Origin: Marsupella aquatica
Taxonomy: Eukaryota; Plantae; Marchantiophyta
Direction: 5' to 3'
Assembly (NCBI GenBank): GCA_973895155.1
Contig: OZ316893.1
Coordinates: 15,096,645-15,160,644, forward strand
DNA length: 64,000 nucleotides
Shown one piece after another: positions 27,004 through 39,029 of this stretch (position 1 is the stretch's first letter; the number at the start of each line of letters is the position of its first letter). A program made the translations under genes and the position numbers. The notes beneath the pieces were generated by a model. The model saw nothing but the letters and a program-made list of their open reading frames with translations, was not told where the DNA came from and searched no databases.

Positions 27004-28687
27004 TCAAGAAGAACTGCTGAGTTGCCGGCGAGGGGAAGAAGGTAGGAGACATTCTTGTCTCAGCTGCTTATGTCGGTCCAGACAATTCCCGTCGAAGTCG
27101 GTGCAATTTCTTTGAGCAACAATGGAGGGACGGGTTGAAATTATGAGTTTAATGTCGCGTTATGTGTAAGTATACACATAAAGCTTCTATTGGAACCCAA
27201 ATTTTCCTTCCCAGGTGTGTCCGCGATCCCTTCCGTTGAATGTTGCCTCCGTCGATTGCCGGCCGTAGCATGACCTACTTCCGACTGCCATTCGACTGCC
27301 GCGAAGTGGAGGCGACTTGCTGCTGATTGACATACGCGAGGCCGTTTTTTGGTGTTTCCCGGCCAATTTCTCTCCTTTTTCCATTCTGTTCAGGCAGCTC
27401 CCGTCGCGAGCTGTTTCCTGGCCGCGACCCCTTTTCTTTACTTGGCAGCTGCCGTCGCGAGCTGCCTCCTAGTCCTGCCGTTGCCCTACCTGCAGCCTGA
27501 GTATACACATGTGGGGCTCATCAATGCCCAAAGCCGCGCATAGGGCTGTGCGCCCTCCCTTCGCTCCTCCTTACTCACATAGGGGGGGTCCCGTTTTTCT
27601 TTCGCCTCCCCCTCGCCTCGTTTTAGCCTCGACCTTCCGTTGCCAGCATTAAGAGAGGGGGGGAGTACAGACTCCCTTCTCTTGGGAGTAGATTTTCGCA
27701 CAAGGAGGGAGAGGGCACGAGGCCCTATGAAGCATTAAAAGCAGGGGGAGGGGAAGTTGAGCACAACCTATCAAGCCAGGGGGAAGCGAGTGCCAATAGA
27801 GGGCTCGAGGCCCTAGGCAACATTAAAGCAAGGGGGAGGGGGAGTCGAAGCAGCAGCGCAAGGAGTGGGCACGAGGCCCTAAGCAACATTAAGGAGGGGT
27901 GGGGGAGTTAGTCGCTCCCTTCTCTTCGGGAGCACATCAGGAGTTAGGAGGGGGCGCGAAGCCCTATGCAGGGCCCAAGCCATTGATTGAATCACAGTGG
28001 TTTGTGCATAGGCTGTCTTAATTGGGGCCCCATTTCTTTTCTTTCGCTGCGCTCTCGCCTCGCTTCCTCGCTTCGCCGCGCCTTTTCCTCCTTAATTAAG
28101 TGCTCCGCAGCCTGTACGTACATAGGGTCTCGTCACTTTTCCAGTGTGCTTGATACTTCCCGGGTCCACATCGGGGCCCGATGTATACACTTAACCGAGC
28201 CCCATGTTTGTACATTTGCAAGGGCCCCATGTATACACTTAAGGGGGGCCCAGGTTTACGTTTTTAAGGGCCCATTTTTTTGGATTTCTTTGTTGCCGCA
28301 ACGTGTCATCTGCATAAAGCTGAGGGCCCGGCATATTCATCAGACAGTCAATCCAGCAAGCATAACACCAGTACAATTGGAGTTTTTAAGGGTCTTTTCT
28401 TTGCTGACGGCTTTTCTATGTCTTTTCTTTGCTACGAGCCAGGAGGTAGCAGCACATCGCCACTGACACCCACGTACCATTTACGGAGTGATCCACGACC
28501 ATTGGTGCCAATTTCATTGGAGTCTCGGCAATTTTGATGACGTCCACAGATTGCAGCAGCACCCACACCACGCAATCCTTCTGCTCAATTTGGCGGTCGC
28601 TTCACTACTAACCCGAAGCCTGCTATCACTTCCTTGCCATTTACCCCTTCTGCATCAGTGGTTGTTCCAGCTTCACCGACATACAGC

Positions 28688-31500
28688 ATGGATGCTAGCC
28701 ACTCATCTGGCCGCATTGAGCGCTTCAGCGGGCGGCCAGGCACTATTTCTTTACGTGAGTTCAAATCCACTTTCTACACTGTCATTTATGAATTGGAGTT
28801 GAAGTACGGCAGCAATTTCACAAATGCTTTTGCATTTAAGCAGCTAGCCAGGTATGTGCACCACGAGGCTTTGGATGTGTATGAGCAGCACTCTCAACGG
28901 CTGCTTGCTATCACACAATTGCCTAACCCTGCCTATGCCAGTGCAATTGCGGCTGCCTCACAATTGGCATTACAGAATGCCATTGCAGCCCATGCTGCTG
29001 CTCCTGCCACTTCCCCTCCTACTCCAGTTCCTACCACTGCGCCAGTTACTCCCACTATCTTGGCACAGGCTACATCAGGCATTTCTCCCACCATTGATTC
29101 CTCTGCCTTTGCTGATCCAGTGGCTGAGTTTTTCCAGGTTCTTGAATTAGAATTCCCTATCAAGAGTGCTGACAAAATCATGCAGTTGGCCACCTTTATG
29201 AGGCAGCGCAATGAAACATTGAAGATGATGTATTGCCGGCTTCTCAAGCTGAAGGAGGACACCCAGAGCATCACTAACCTGGAAGCTGCTCATCGCTATC
29301 TTCGCGCATTGGAGGGCACTCCAACTCTCCATTCGCAAGTGTTGCAGCAAGTATTCTCAGAGTTTGGAGACAACTACACCCTGCTCAATGTCTATGACAC
29401 TGCTGAGAAACTTGAGTTGGCCCATGCACATTATGAGGCCAGTATTGCACGTCCACCGCGATCCAGGTACCAGGCTGCTGCCCCTACACTGGCCACCCCT
29501 TCCCGTGTGCCACAGTATGGTTCCAAGACCAAGCCAGCCCATGCTGCTTTCATGCTGCCATCTTGCAACTACTGTGGTAACCCCAATCACAAGGCTAATG
29601 ACTGTGATATTGTTGCTGAGGACCTGTCTTGTGATTTTTGCGGAAAAGTGGGTCACTTGGAGGCAGTTTTGCCAAATTCCCAGAGAGGAAGCAGCTACGA
29701 CAGCAGGCCCCTCCTCCTGCTCCTGCTTCCACTCCCCCACCAGCTAGGAGGGCTCCTACTGCATCAACTGCTCCTCCTTCCAGTGGCAAAGCATCCAGTG
29801 CCAACAAACCGCCCAAGCAACAACAGAAGCAACCAGTTCAGAAGGAAGCTCACAACGCACAGGCAACTCAACTCCAGTCTCTGACTCATGAGGTTGAGTC
29901 CCTACGTGCCCAACTTGCGAACATCAAAGGCAAGTCAACTGCCTTTGCTGGTCCTTCTCAACCGGCTGGTCACGTGCAACCCATCCCTGGCCCAGGCACC
30001 ACTGACAGTTCAGCACCTCTACCCCGCTCTTTCTATGGCTTGCCATTTGATGCTCATATGGGTGAGTGTGTGCTGTCCTCTGCTCCACAGCCTGGCCTTA
30101 CAGCAGAATTTTCAGATTCATTCTGCCCTTCCTATTTTGCTTACCAGCAGGCTAGTGCTGCTTCCTATACTACTCCCACCCACCGCATTGTACAGGCTGA
30201 TGGTCTTGCTGTTGGTCCTCTGACTAGAGCCAGGGGAGCTCGGGCTGTCATGCCCCAATCCTTTCAGCCACTCACACTTGCTGAAGAGCGCACCTTGTTT
30301 GCGAGGGGGGAGGGAGCTGCAGCTACATCCATTCCACCACCAGGTGCTGCTGACATTTCACAGGGAGTTGTTTCTCCTGAGCTGCTTGAGCATTTCACCT
30401 CCGGTATGGCACAAAGGATTCTTACAACTCCACTTTTCAGTTGCCATGATTTACAACTGGATGCTAGAGCTGTCATCAGAACGCTAGAGGGCTCACTGCA
30501 TTCTTCATCAGCCCTTGTGACACCGGTTTTGGAGGTCCAATCTCATGTACATACTAGATCTTCTTCTTCTCCATTACATGCTTCCACTGGTTTGGCTATC
30601 CCAGTACCAATTTCCAGTGGTAGAGATGACAGTATTGCTGCAGATTGTGTGACCAGAGCTACACTGGATTCTGGTCATGCTGCTCCATCTTTCCTGACTA
30701 TGCTATTGAGTGGAAAGATCGTGGATACTAACTCCCTTCACAAGGTACCTCATCATTTGCCAAAAGTGGTGCCTAGCGACAGGACTTCAGTTTCCACCAC
30801 CATTGCCATTGTTGACAACAGGAATTCAGCGGTCAAGTTGGAGGGTCACACTCCTCAGGTGGTCATGCTGGACATAGGCGCTCAACCAGTGATATTGGGC
30901 ATTCAGTTTGCCAAGAAGATAGGACTGCTGACTGATCATTTACAACAATCCAGGTGGCACATTCGGACTGCTAGTGGCACTGTGGAGGATGTGCTGGGTG
31001 AGAGTTCTACTTTACTCACTCTCACTTTTAATGGAGGTACAGATCAGGAATTGCATTTCCCAGTCAGATGTTTGGTTACCAATGCCACTACGTATGATGT
31101 GCTCATTGGCCAGGAGGCTTTATTCCCACCAGGTTTTACCATTGACAATTGGCATGAGCATGCATACTACAAAGTTGATTGGCATACGAATGGCTCACAC
31201 TTGGGCTACATTCCACTTGATTTGCATGGTGCCCATACACCTATGGCTCACCACTGTGTGTTGCAAGCAGTGCACACAGCTACCTATGTCAACCACCCAT
31301 TGCAGGATTGGATTGAGGAGGATGATGATGAGGTGGCTACTGCACATGCTGCTGCACATATAGCAGCACTTTCCAGCAACGTGGATCATCAACCAGAGGT
31401 GGTACAACGGCTCCAAGCAGCCCATGGACCTTTGGTGGCTGCATTGCACAAATTTGAGGATCTTGGGCAGCACAATGGCCAACCAATAGCCCCAATCTTG
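28688..31500 (+). pseudogene. Gag (two zinc knuckles) and aspartic protease of the methyltransferase element
   Basis: IERFSG...LREFK Gag-like start. Knuckles CNYCGNPNHKANDC and CDFCGKVGHLEAV, then a frameshift at about 29668. Protease VMLDIGAQPVILG (D at 30871) and YDVLIGQE. Confidence 0.85.
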
Positions 31501-31529
31501 AGCGCACCAATTACATGGACTCCTACTCC

Positions 31530-32500
31530 GGATGGCCTTACATTGCTTGAGCTTTTTGGTGGCATTTCTACAGGCCTGGAAGCTCTCCTATAGTCTGGCA
31601 TGGTGGTGAAGCAGTACATCTATGTGGATATTGATCCAGGTGCAAGGCAAGTGGCTGAATCCCGTCTGCTGGAATTTTCAGAGCGATTTCGTCAGCAGTT
31701 TCCACACAGTGCATAGAAGTCTGCATTTTCTTTCTTTCCTCCAGATATCCAGCTTGTCCAGTACCGGCACTTAACCCTTCTTGGCTCCCTTGATTTGATC
31801 ATAGCTGGTTGGGAATGCCAAGGGTTTTCAGTTGCTGGTCACGGTGCTGGACTGCATGATTCTCGTTCTGGCCTTTTCACAGCATTGGTTCAGATTCTCA
31901 CCTGGGCTCAATCCCTTTATCCTACTGTTGGTTATATCATTGAGAATACTCCATCTCAGTTTGACCAGCGTCCACAGGTCAAAGAGGATTTCAGTGTGGT
32001 CCAGCACTACTTGGGACCACCCCTTCTCATTGATGCAGTGCACTGTGGTTCTTATGCACATCGTCTTCGTAACTTTTGGACTAACCTTGCACCACCTTCC
32101 TTGTTGGAGTTAGCTCTTCACCACACATCCAGGGACACTAACCTCACAGTGGACCAGATTTTGGATCCTGACAGTTCTTGCCAACCGGTTACACGGCAAG
32201 AGCCAGCACCTTGGTATCCAGCTAATACTATTGGACAGCCCCGTGCTGCTTGGCCTACATTTGTGTCCTTTCCAGGTGCACATGCTTTTCAGGGTGATGG
32301 TCCTGGCCTAGTTTATCGACATTCTACCGGTACATGGGATGAACCTAGTCCTGAGGAGAGAGAACGGGCTATGGGCTTCCAACCCGGTACTACAGGTCAC
32401 ACCAAAATCACCAGGCTGGCCAGGAATGCTTTACTTGGCAGGGTAATGGATCTTAATGCTCTCACTTGGCTTCTGGTCACTTGCATCCTTTTTCAGATGT
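31530..32500 (+). pseudogene. DNMT3-like C5 cytosine DNA methyltransferase domain inside pol
   Basis: Motif I LELFGGI, motif II YVDID, motif IV DLIIAGWECQGFS, SGLF, motif VI YIIENT, motif VIII AHRLRNFWTNL, motif IX ERERAMGF, motif X RNALLGR. All in one frame continuous with the protease, with in-frame TAG stops at 31591 and 31714. Confidence 0.92.
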
Positions 32501-34104
32501 ACATTCATCCAGCATCAGGAGTTCCAGCCCTACCACTCCATGGTGCTGCTACATGGCATCCAGACTGTTGGGTATTTACTCTTACGTCTAGGTTAGGTAT
32601 GACGTGGTTGGTACAACTACGTGGGTTGGTACAACTACGTGGTTAGGTACAACTACGTGATTAGGTACAACTATGTGGTTAGGTACAACTAAGTTGCACA
32701 CTATATCATAAGAGGCATGTGTGCTTGGAGAGGTAGAACCAAGGCTCATTGTTATGGAGCCACTCGAGAGATAGGGAGAGCTTACACTGTGGAGACTCGG
32801 TATAGCCGACGGGCTTAGAGTTCAGTAAAGCTCTCTTGTGTGTTCCCGTGGACGTAGCCTCAAGGAGGTGAACCACGTATCTCTTGTGTCGACTATTGTG
32901 CGTTGGATGGTTCATGGGCTTGCCGTTGCGATCGTCGTCTATGCTAAACAATTGGTATCAGAGCATGCTTGGGAGGTGACGTGTGTTCGTGACGGGATTT
33001 CATGACGGTTTTTCCAGCGTTGAGTGTTGGTGGATTTTCCAGAGTTCCATCGCATGGAACTTGGAGTTTATGGGCTCAACGGATAGATCAGGGCAAGAGC
33101 TTTCTAACGGTGTGAAGAAATCGTTGAACGGAGCTCGTGGTGCAGAGAGATCTAAGTTTTCGTCGTTCTGGATTTTGTGAAGAAAGTTGGCAATCGACTC
33201 GGAGGGAGAAGCGTCAAGTGTTTTGACTCAACGGAGAGATTGAGGCAAGACGATTGTTTTTGAGTCCGGGATTGGCTCTTTGATGCAAAGAGGAAGGCTA
33301 AGCAAAATCAATTACCTTGTTGGACTTGGTGACGGCACCAAGTGCAATTGATCAACATTCGTTGTTGACAAGGTACCATTTTTTTCTCTTTGAAAAACTG
33401 ATTCGAAATTGGCTATGGCAATTGAGAGAAATCTGTCATCTTTACCAATTTTTTTCTCCCTCGTTCTTTCCTCGTTTTGGGTGCTTCTTATATCGATCTT
33501 CATCGCCTCGGAGTCTAGTTTCCAAATCTGAAATCGGATCTTGATTTCGTCAAAACCCGAGTGAGATATCTTGCGTTTGGTGTCGAGGGGTACATTCTGC
33601 CGTGTGTATTTTCTGCGCGCGCGACCAGATTTCGACGACGAAGGGTGGTAGGGGGTTTTGGGGGTTCGAGGACACATGTCAGCCCCTCGATTGTTCTTCC
33701 AAAATTCCCACAGGGCCTGTACAAGGGTCATAGAATATTCCAAAAAACTAGAGAGCTATTTTTTGACCGTCCGACAAAGATTTCATCCGCCGAACGGTAA
33801 CTTTTTTGGTTATTTTTCGGCGAGGTCGTAGCCATTGAAGTTGGCAATGCAGCGCACCAATCACATCGCAATTCCGACAACGGGTTGTACTTGGTATTTC
33901 GGTTATTCCCTGAGGTGGTCAAAACGGGGGAGTTTCCCAAGGTTTTACCCACCTCGACCGAAATTTGAATAACTTTTCCGTCAAATTTCAATTTTGATTT
34001 TGGTTTTCAGTATTGGACTCCTAGCTTTGTGGGCTACGCGGCGGTGTTGAGTTTCGAGTTTTTTGAGAAGTTGTGAAAAACAACATTTTTTGTGACTTTC
34101 TCAT

Positions 34105-35139
34105 ATGAGTGATTCGGAGGAGTTTTTCGAAGACGTGGAACTTGAAGCACGAGGATCACCGCGGAGGTTTCAGGGGCAGAGAGAGGAGCAGGAGGAAGAG
34201 CACGTGACACCGATACCATCACTGGTGCGGCGTGTGGTGGAGGAAGCAGTACTACTACCGGAGCTCACGGTAAAGAAGAAGATGGGGACTTTCAAGCTTG
34301 GGGGACCCAAGTATGAAGTGACAAAGTATGATGGGCGCTCTGACTACTTGCTATGGGAGAAGCAGGTGAAGGGAGTGCTTTATGCGTCAGGGATGGGCCA
34401 ACTGCTGAGCCCTCGTGAAGACGATGTTGATGAGAAACAATGGGACCGCATGCAGGAGCAGGGAGTGTGGTGTGTTACACTCTATCTCATGCCTCCCATC
34501 ATCAAGCAGTTAGGTGCACATAAGGATTGCATGTCCTTGTTTGCGGAATTGCAGAGCAAGTATCACCGCAAGGAGTTGTCGAACCGGCTCTACACTTCCT
34601 ACAAACTGATGAGTTTCAGGATGAAGGAATCTGGTACGAAGTTGCAAGACCATGTGGATGCTTTCAACGACATGGTCGTTGACTTGGAAAACCTTGGGGA
34701 GACTTTGAATGATGAGACGAAGGCTCTGCAGCTTCTTAGTTCATTGCCTCCATCTTACCAGTCCCTATCACGAGTGTTGTTGCATCGTGATAGGGATACC
34801 ATTTCATACAATGACGTCGTAAGTTCTCTGCTTAGTGATGATCTTCAGCAGAAGATGCACATCACGTCACAGCCTTCATCATCTGGTGCTGCCCTCAATG
34901 TTAATCGTGGGAGGAGTATGCAGCGACCAACTGGGGACCGTAGAACCCAGTTTAGATCTAAATCCAGATCTAAGTCCAAGGGTAAATCCCCTCAGAGGAG
35001 GCAGGTGACATGTTGGAAGTGCAACCAAGTTGGACACTTCAAGCGAGACTGTAAGGGAAAGACAGCGGAAACTTCATCGGCAAATGTGGCTAGGGCTGAT
35101 GGAGAAGCTGATTTACTCAATGATGAGTATGTTTTATGA
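34105..35139 (+). CDS. Copia Gag
   Basis: KYDGRSDYLLW, LLSSLPPSY and zinc knuckle CWKCNQVGHFKRDC. Confidence 0.92.
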   Translation: MSDSEEFFEDVELEARGSPRRFQGQREEQEEEHVTPIPSLVRRVVEEAVLLPELTVKKKMGTFKLGGPKYEVTKYDGRSDYLLWEKQVKGVLYASGMGQLLSPREDDVDEKQWDRMQEQGVWCVTLYLMPPIIKQLGAHKDCMSLFAELQSKYHRKELSNRLYTSYKLMSFRMKESGTKLQDHVDAFNDMVVDLENLGETLNDETKALQLLSSLPPSYQSLSRVLLHRDRDTISYNDVVSSLLSDDLQQKMHITSQPSSSGAALNVNRGRSMQRPTGDRRTQFRSKSRSKSKGKSPQRRQVTCWKCNQVGHFKRDCKGKTAETSSANVARADGEADLLNDEYVL

Positions 35140-38100
35140 AGCCGGGGGTATGCCCTGTGCACGTCATCTAGGAGAGCAGATGATGTGTGGATTCTTGATT
35201 GTGCTTGCTCTTTTCATATTTGTTACATTCGTGAGTTTTTCAGTTCTTACTCTGTTTCAAACGGTTCAGTTCTGATGGGAAATGATCACTCCTGTCAAAT
35301 TGAGGGAATTGGGTCTGTGAAGATTCAAATGTTTGATGGCGCTGTGCGCACAGTGTCCGGAGTCAGGTATGTACCTGGCATGCGTAAAAATCTGATTTCA
35401 CTCGGTGTGTTGGATTCAAATGGTCATCAATGGAGCGTTATTGATGGTGAACTTCAAGTCAGGTCGGGAGAGACAGTGATTTTGAAGGGGAGTAGACAAA
35501 AGAATTTGTATGTGTTACAGGGCAATACTGTATGTGGAGAGGCCAATGTAACCAAGTCTCACGAGGAGATGACTCAACTGTGGCATTCACGGCTAGGCCA
35601 CATGAGTGAGAAGGGTTTGGCTATCTTACGGAAGAATGGACTCATTTCTGATTTGCAATCTTGTAAATTCGAGTTTTGTGAGCATTGCATTCTTGGAAAG
35701 CAGCATCGTCGTGCTTTTGGTGTTGGAACTCATCGTTCCAAAGCGGTTCTTGAGTACATACATAGTGACGTGTGGGGTCCATCCCCGACTCCCTCACACT
35801 CTGGAAAGTTGTACTATGTATCATTTATTGATGATTACTCAAGATTTGTGTGGATTTATTTCATGACGCATAAGTCTGATGTCTTGTCCATTTTTAAGAA
35901 GTGGAAGGCCCAGGTGGAGAATCAGACTGGAAACATGATCAAGTGTTTGGATACAAGGGTGAAGAGTCTGAGGTCAGACAATGGCGGGGAGTACACTTCA
36001 ATGGAATTTGAAGAGTACTGTTCAGAACAGGGGATAACTCGCCATCTCACCACAGTTTATACTCCGCAGCAGAATGGTGTCGCTGAGAGGCTCAATCGGA
36101 CATTGTTGGAGCGGTCACGGAGTATGTTGAGCCAATCAGGTTTACCACAAGAATTTTGGGCAGAAGCTGTCAATACCGCAGCTTATTTGGTAAATCTTTC
36201 TCCTTCTAGTGCTATCAATTTCAAAACGCCGTTTGAGATGCGCTATAAGCGGCAAGCAGACTATCATGGCTTGGTAATTTTTGGAAGTGATGCATATGCT
36301 CTCACACCAAAGCAGAATAGGACCAAGTTGGATCCTACCTCCAGGAAATGTGTTTTTCTTGGGTACCAGAGTGGTGTGAAAGCCTATAGGCTATGGGATC
36401 CTATTGCCTGTAAGCACGTTGTCAGTAGGGATGTTTCCTTCAATGAATCCAGATTATTGAAGGAGGGGGAGAATACTCAGGTCTCCCGTACTGACAAAGG
36501 AAAATCTCATATCCCGGATCTCGTTGAGGGGGAGATTGGTTATGAGGTGCATGACCGGAGAGAAGGAGTTGCTCCAATTATGGAGCTGGTTCCTGTGCCA
36601 GAGGAACCAGAGGAGTTTGTTGATGCTGGTGAGCAACAAGTGGATGCTGTTGAGCTTCAAATTGTACCAGCACACGCAGATCAACCGGAGTCATCGGCTA
36701 GAAGAACATCTGATCGCACTGTACGCGCTCCATCAAGGTATGGACAGTGGGTTGATTCATCTCAACTGCAAGAGGATGATTTTACAGCTGATGATGAGGG
36801 TGATGCGTTAATTTTGGAAGAAGGAGAACCTTCTTCATTTCATGAGGCAAGTGCTTCAAAAGAGAAGCAGAAGTGGACTGCAGCAATGCAAACGGAGATG
36901 CAGTCACTAAAGGACAACAAAACTTGGGAGCTTGTTAAGCTGCCTAAGGGTCAGCAAGTGGTGGACAGCAAGTGGATTTACAAGCTGAAGGATAATTCCA
37001 TAGGAGGTGGATCGAAGGTCTACAAGGCTAGATTGGTAGCAAAGGGATTCACACAAGAGAAAGGTGTGGATTACAATGAGGTCTTCTCACCAGTTGCTAA
37101 GTACTCTACAATACGACTATTGTGTGTACTTGTTGTAATGTTTGGTCTGCTCCTAGATCAGATGGATGTTGTCACAGCTTTCCTCTATGGCACATTGGAA
37201 GAGGTGATCTTCATGAGACAACCGCTAGGTTTTGTGAAGAGAGGACAGGAGGAATTGGTTTGCAGATTGCTGAAATCCTTGTATGGGTTGAAGCAGTCAC
37301 CAAGACAGTGGAACAAGCGGTTTGACGATTGGATTCGGTCACAAGGTTTTCATAGAAGTGTATTTGACCCTTGTGTGTATTTGAAACCGGTGAAGAATGT
37401 TGTCTTTGGGTTCATTGTTTTAGTACTTTATGTGGATGACATGCTAATTGCAGCCAAGGATAGGTCTGAGATTGTTAAGCTCAAGGCACTGCTTAGTGCA
37501 GAGTTTAAGATGAAGGACTTAGGGCCAGCTAAGAGGATTTTGGGTATGGAGATCACTAGGGACTTGGAGGCTGGCAAGCTATGGTTGACGCAGAGCAGTT
37601 ATGCAAGGAAGGTAATTGCAAGGTTCAACATGGAGAATAGCAAGCCAGTAAGTACCCCGTTGGCTCCACACTTCAAGTTATCATCAGCGTTCTGTCCTAC
37701 GGATGACACAGAGAAGGGGTTGATGTCAAAGGTTCCATATGACAAGGCAGTGGGGAGTCTCATGTATTTGATGACTTGCACTAGACCTGATCTTGCCATG
37801 GCTATGGGCAAGGTGAGCAGGTACATGTCGAATTCAGGGAAGGTACACTGGGAAGCAGTGAAGTGGATTATCAGGTACTTGAAGGGTACCGTGGATCATG
37901 GTCTTTTATTTGATGCGAATGCAAAGAATGCTAGATCATTGATTGGCTATGTAGATTCTGACTATGGACAAGATTTGGACCAAAGGAGATCAACAACAGG
38001 ATACGTGTTCACACTTGGCGGTGGATGCATAAGTTGGAGGTCTACTTTGCAGAAGTGTATTGCTCAGTCTACTACAGAAGCGGAGTATGTTGCAGCTGCG

Positions 38101-38412
38101 GAAGCAGCAAAGGAAGCGATTTGGTTGGATAGACTTATCACCGAAATGGGATTGCCATAGGGGAATGTGAAGCTCCATTGTGATAGTCAAAGTGCGCTCC
38201 ACCTTGCTGTGAACCAGGTGATGGACAGCAGAGTGAAGCACATTGACGTCAGGTACCATTTTATCAGGCAGACTGTGTCTGATAATTTGTTTGAGCTAGT
38301 CAAGATTGATGGTAAACTCAACCCGGCTGACGCATTTACCAAAGTGATTCCTTTGGAGAGTTTCTCTAGACACCGTGACGTATTGCAGGTTTTGCAATTG
38401 CATCACAAGTAG
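35140..38412 (+). pseudogene. Copia Pol (protease, GAG-pre-integrase, integrase, RT, RNase H), same frame as Gag; one in-frame TAG at 38158
   Basis: WILDCACSFH, WHSRLGH, IHSDVWGP, LRSDNGGEY, QNGVAER, QMDVVTAFL, LYGLKQSPRQW, LYVDDML, YVDSDY, KHIDVRYHF. Confidence 0.93.
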
Positions 38413-39029
38413 AGTTTTCTTAAACATTCATTGTAATTACTGATATATGCTCTTCCTCATTCCTATGTATTAGGCTACGGCTTAGTTCTGGTTTGCTCTA
38501 GTTAGAGAGGGAAACCGGTTTGGTTTCTGTCCAGAACTTCCCGCTGAGGGATCATATACATTGGCAGTATTACTCTCCCCTAGACCAGAGTCAAGGGGAA
38601 GATTGTTGGGTATTTACTCTTACGTCTAGGTTAGGTATGACGTGGTTGGTACAACAACGTGGGTTGGTACAACTACGTGGTTAGATACAACTACGTGATT
38701 AGGTACAACTATGTGGTTAGGTACAACTACGTGATTAGGTACAACTATGTGGTTAGGTACAACTAAGTTGCACACTATATCATAAGAGGCATGTGTGCTT
38801 GGAGAGGTAGAACCAAGGCTCATTGTTATGGAGCCACTCGAGAGATAGGGAGAGCTTACACTGTGGAGACTCGGTATAGCCGACGGGCTTAGAGTTCAGT
38901 AAAGCTCTCTTGTGTGTTCCCGTGGACGTAGCCTCAAGGAGGTGAACCACGTATCTCTTGTGTCGACTATTGTGCGTTGGATGGTTCATGGGCTTGCCGT
39001 TGCGATCGTCGTCTATGCTCAACACAGAC

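Larger units (their letters stand above)
32566..39024 (+). mobile_element. Full-length Ty1/Copia LTR retrotransposon nested in the methyltransferase element
   Basis: LTRs 32566-32950 and 38604-39024 (TG...CA), 5-bp TSD CAGAC, tRNA-iMet PBS TGGTATCAGAGC at 32953, PPT aaggggaaga at 38593. Confidence 0.97.

Noticed and set aside
31530-32500. Bacterial restriction-modification methylase or contamination
   Set aside because: It is in frame with retroelement protease and RT, has DNMT3-like motifs, and is surrounded by spliced plant genes.
32602-32695. CRISPR-like array
   Set aside because: The 18-bp units are head-to-tail with no unique spacers, inside an LTR in a eukaryote.
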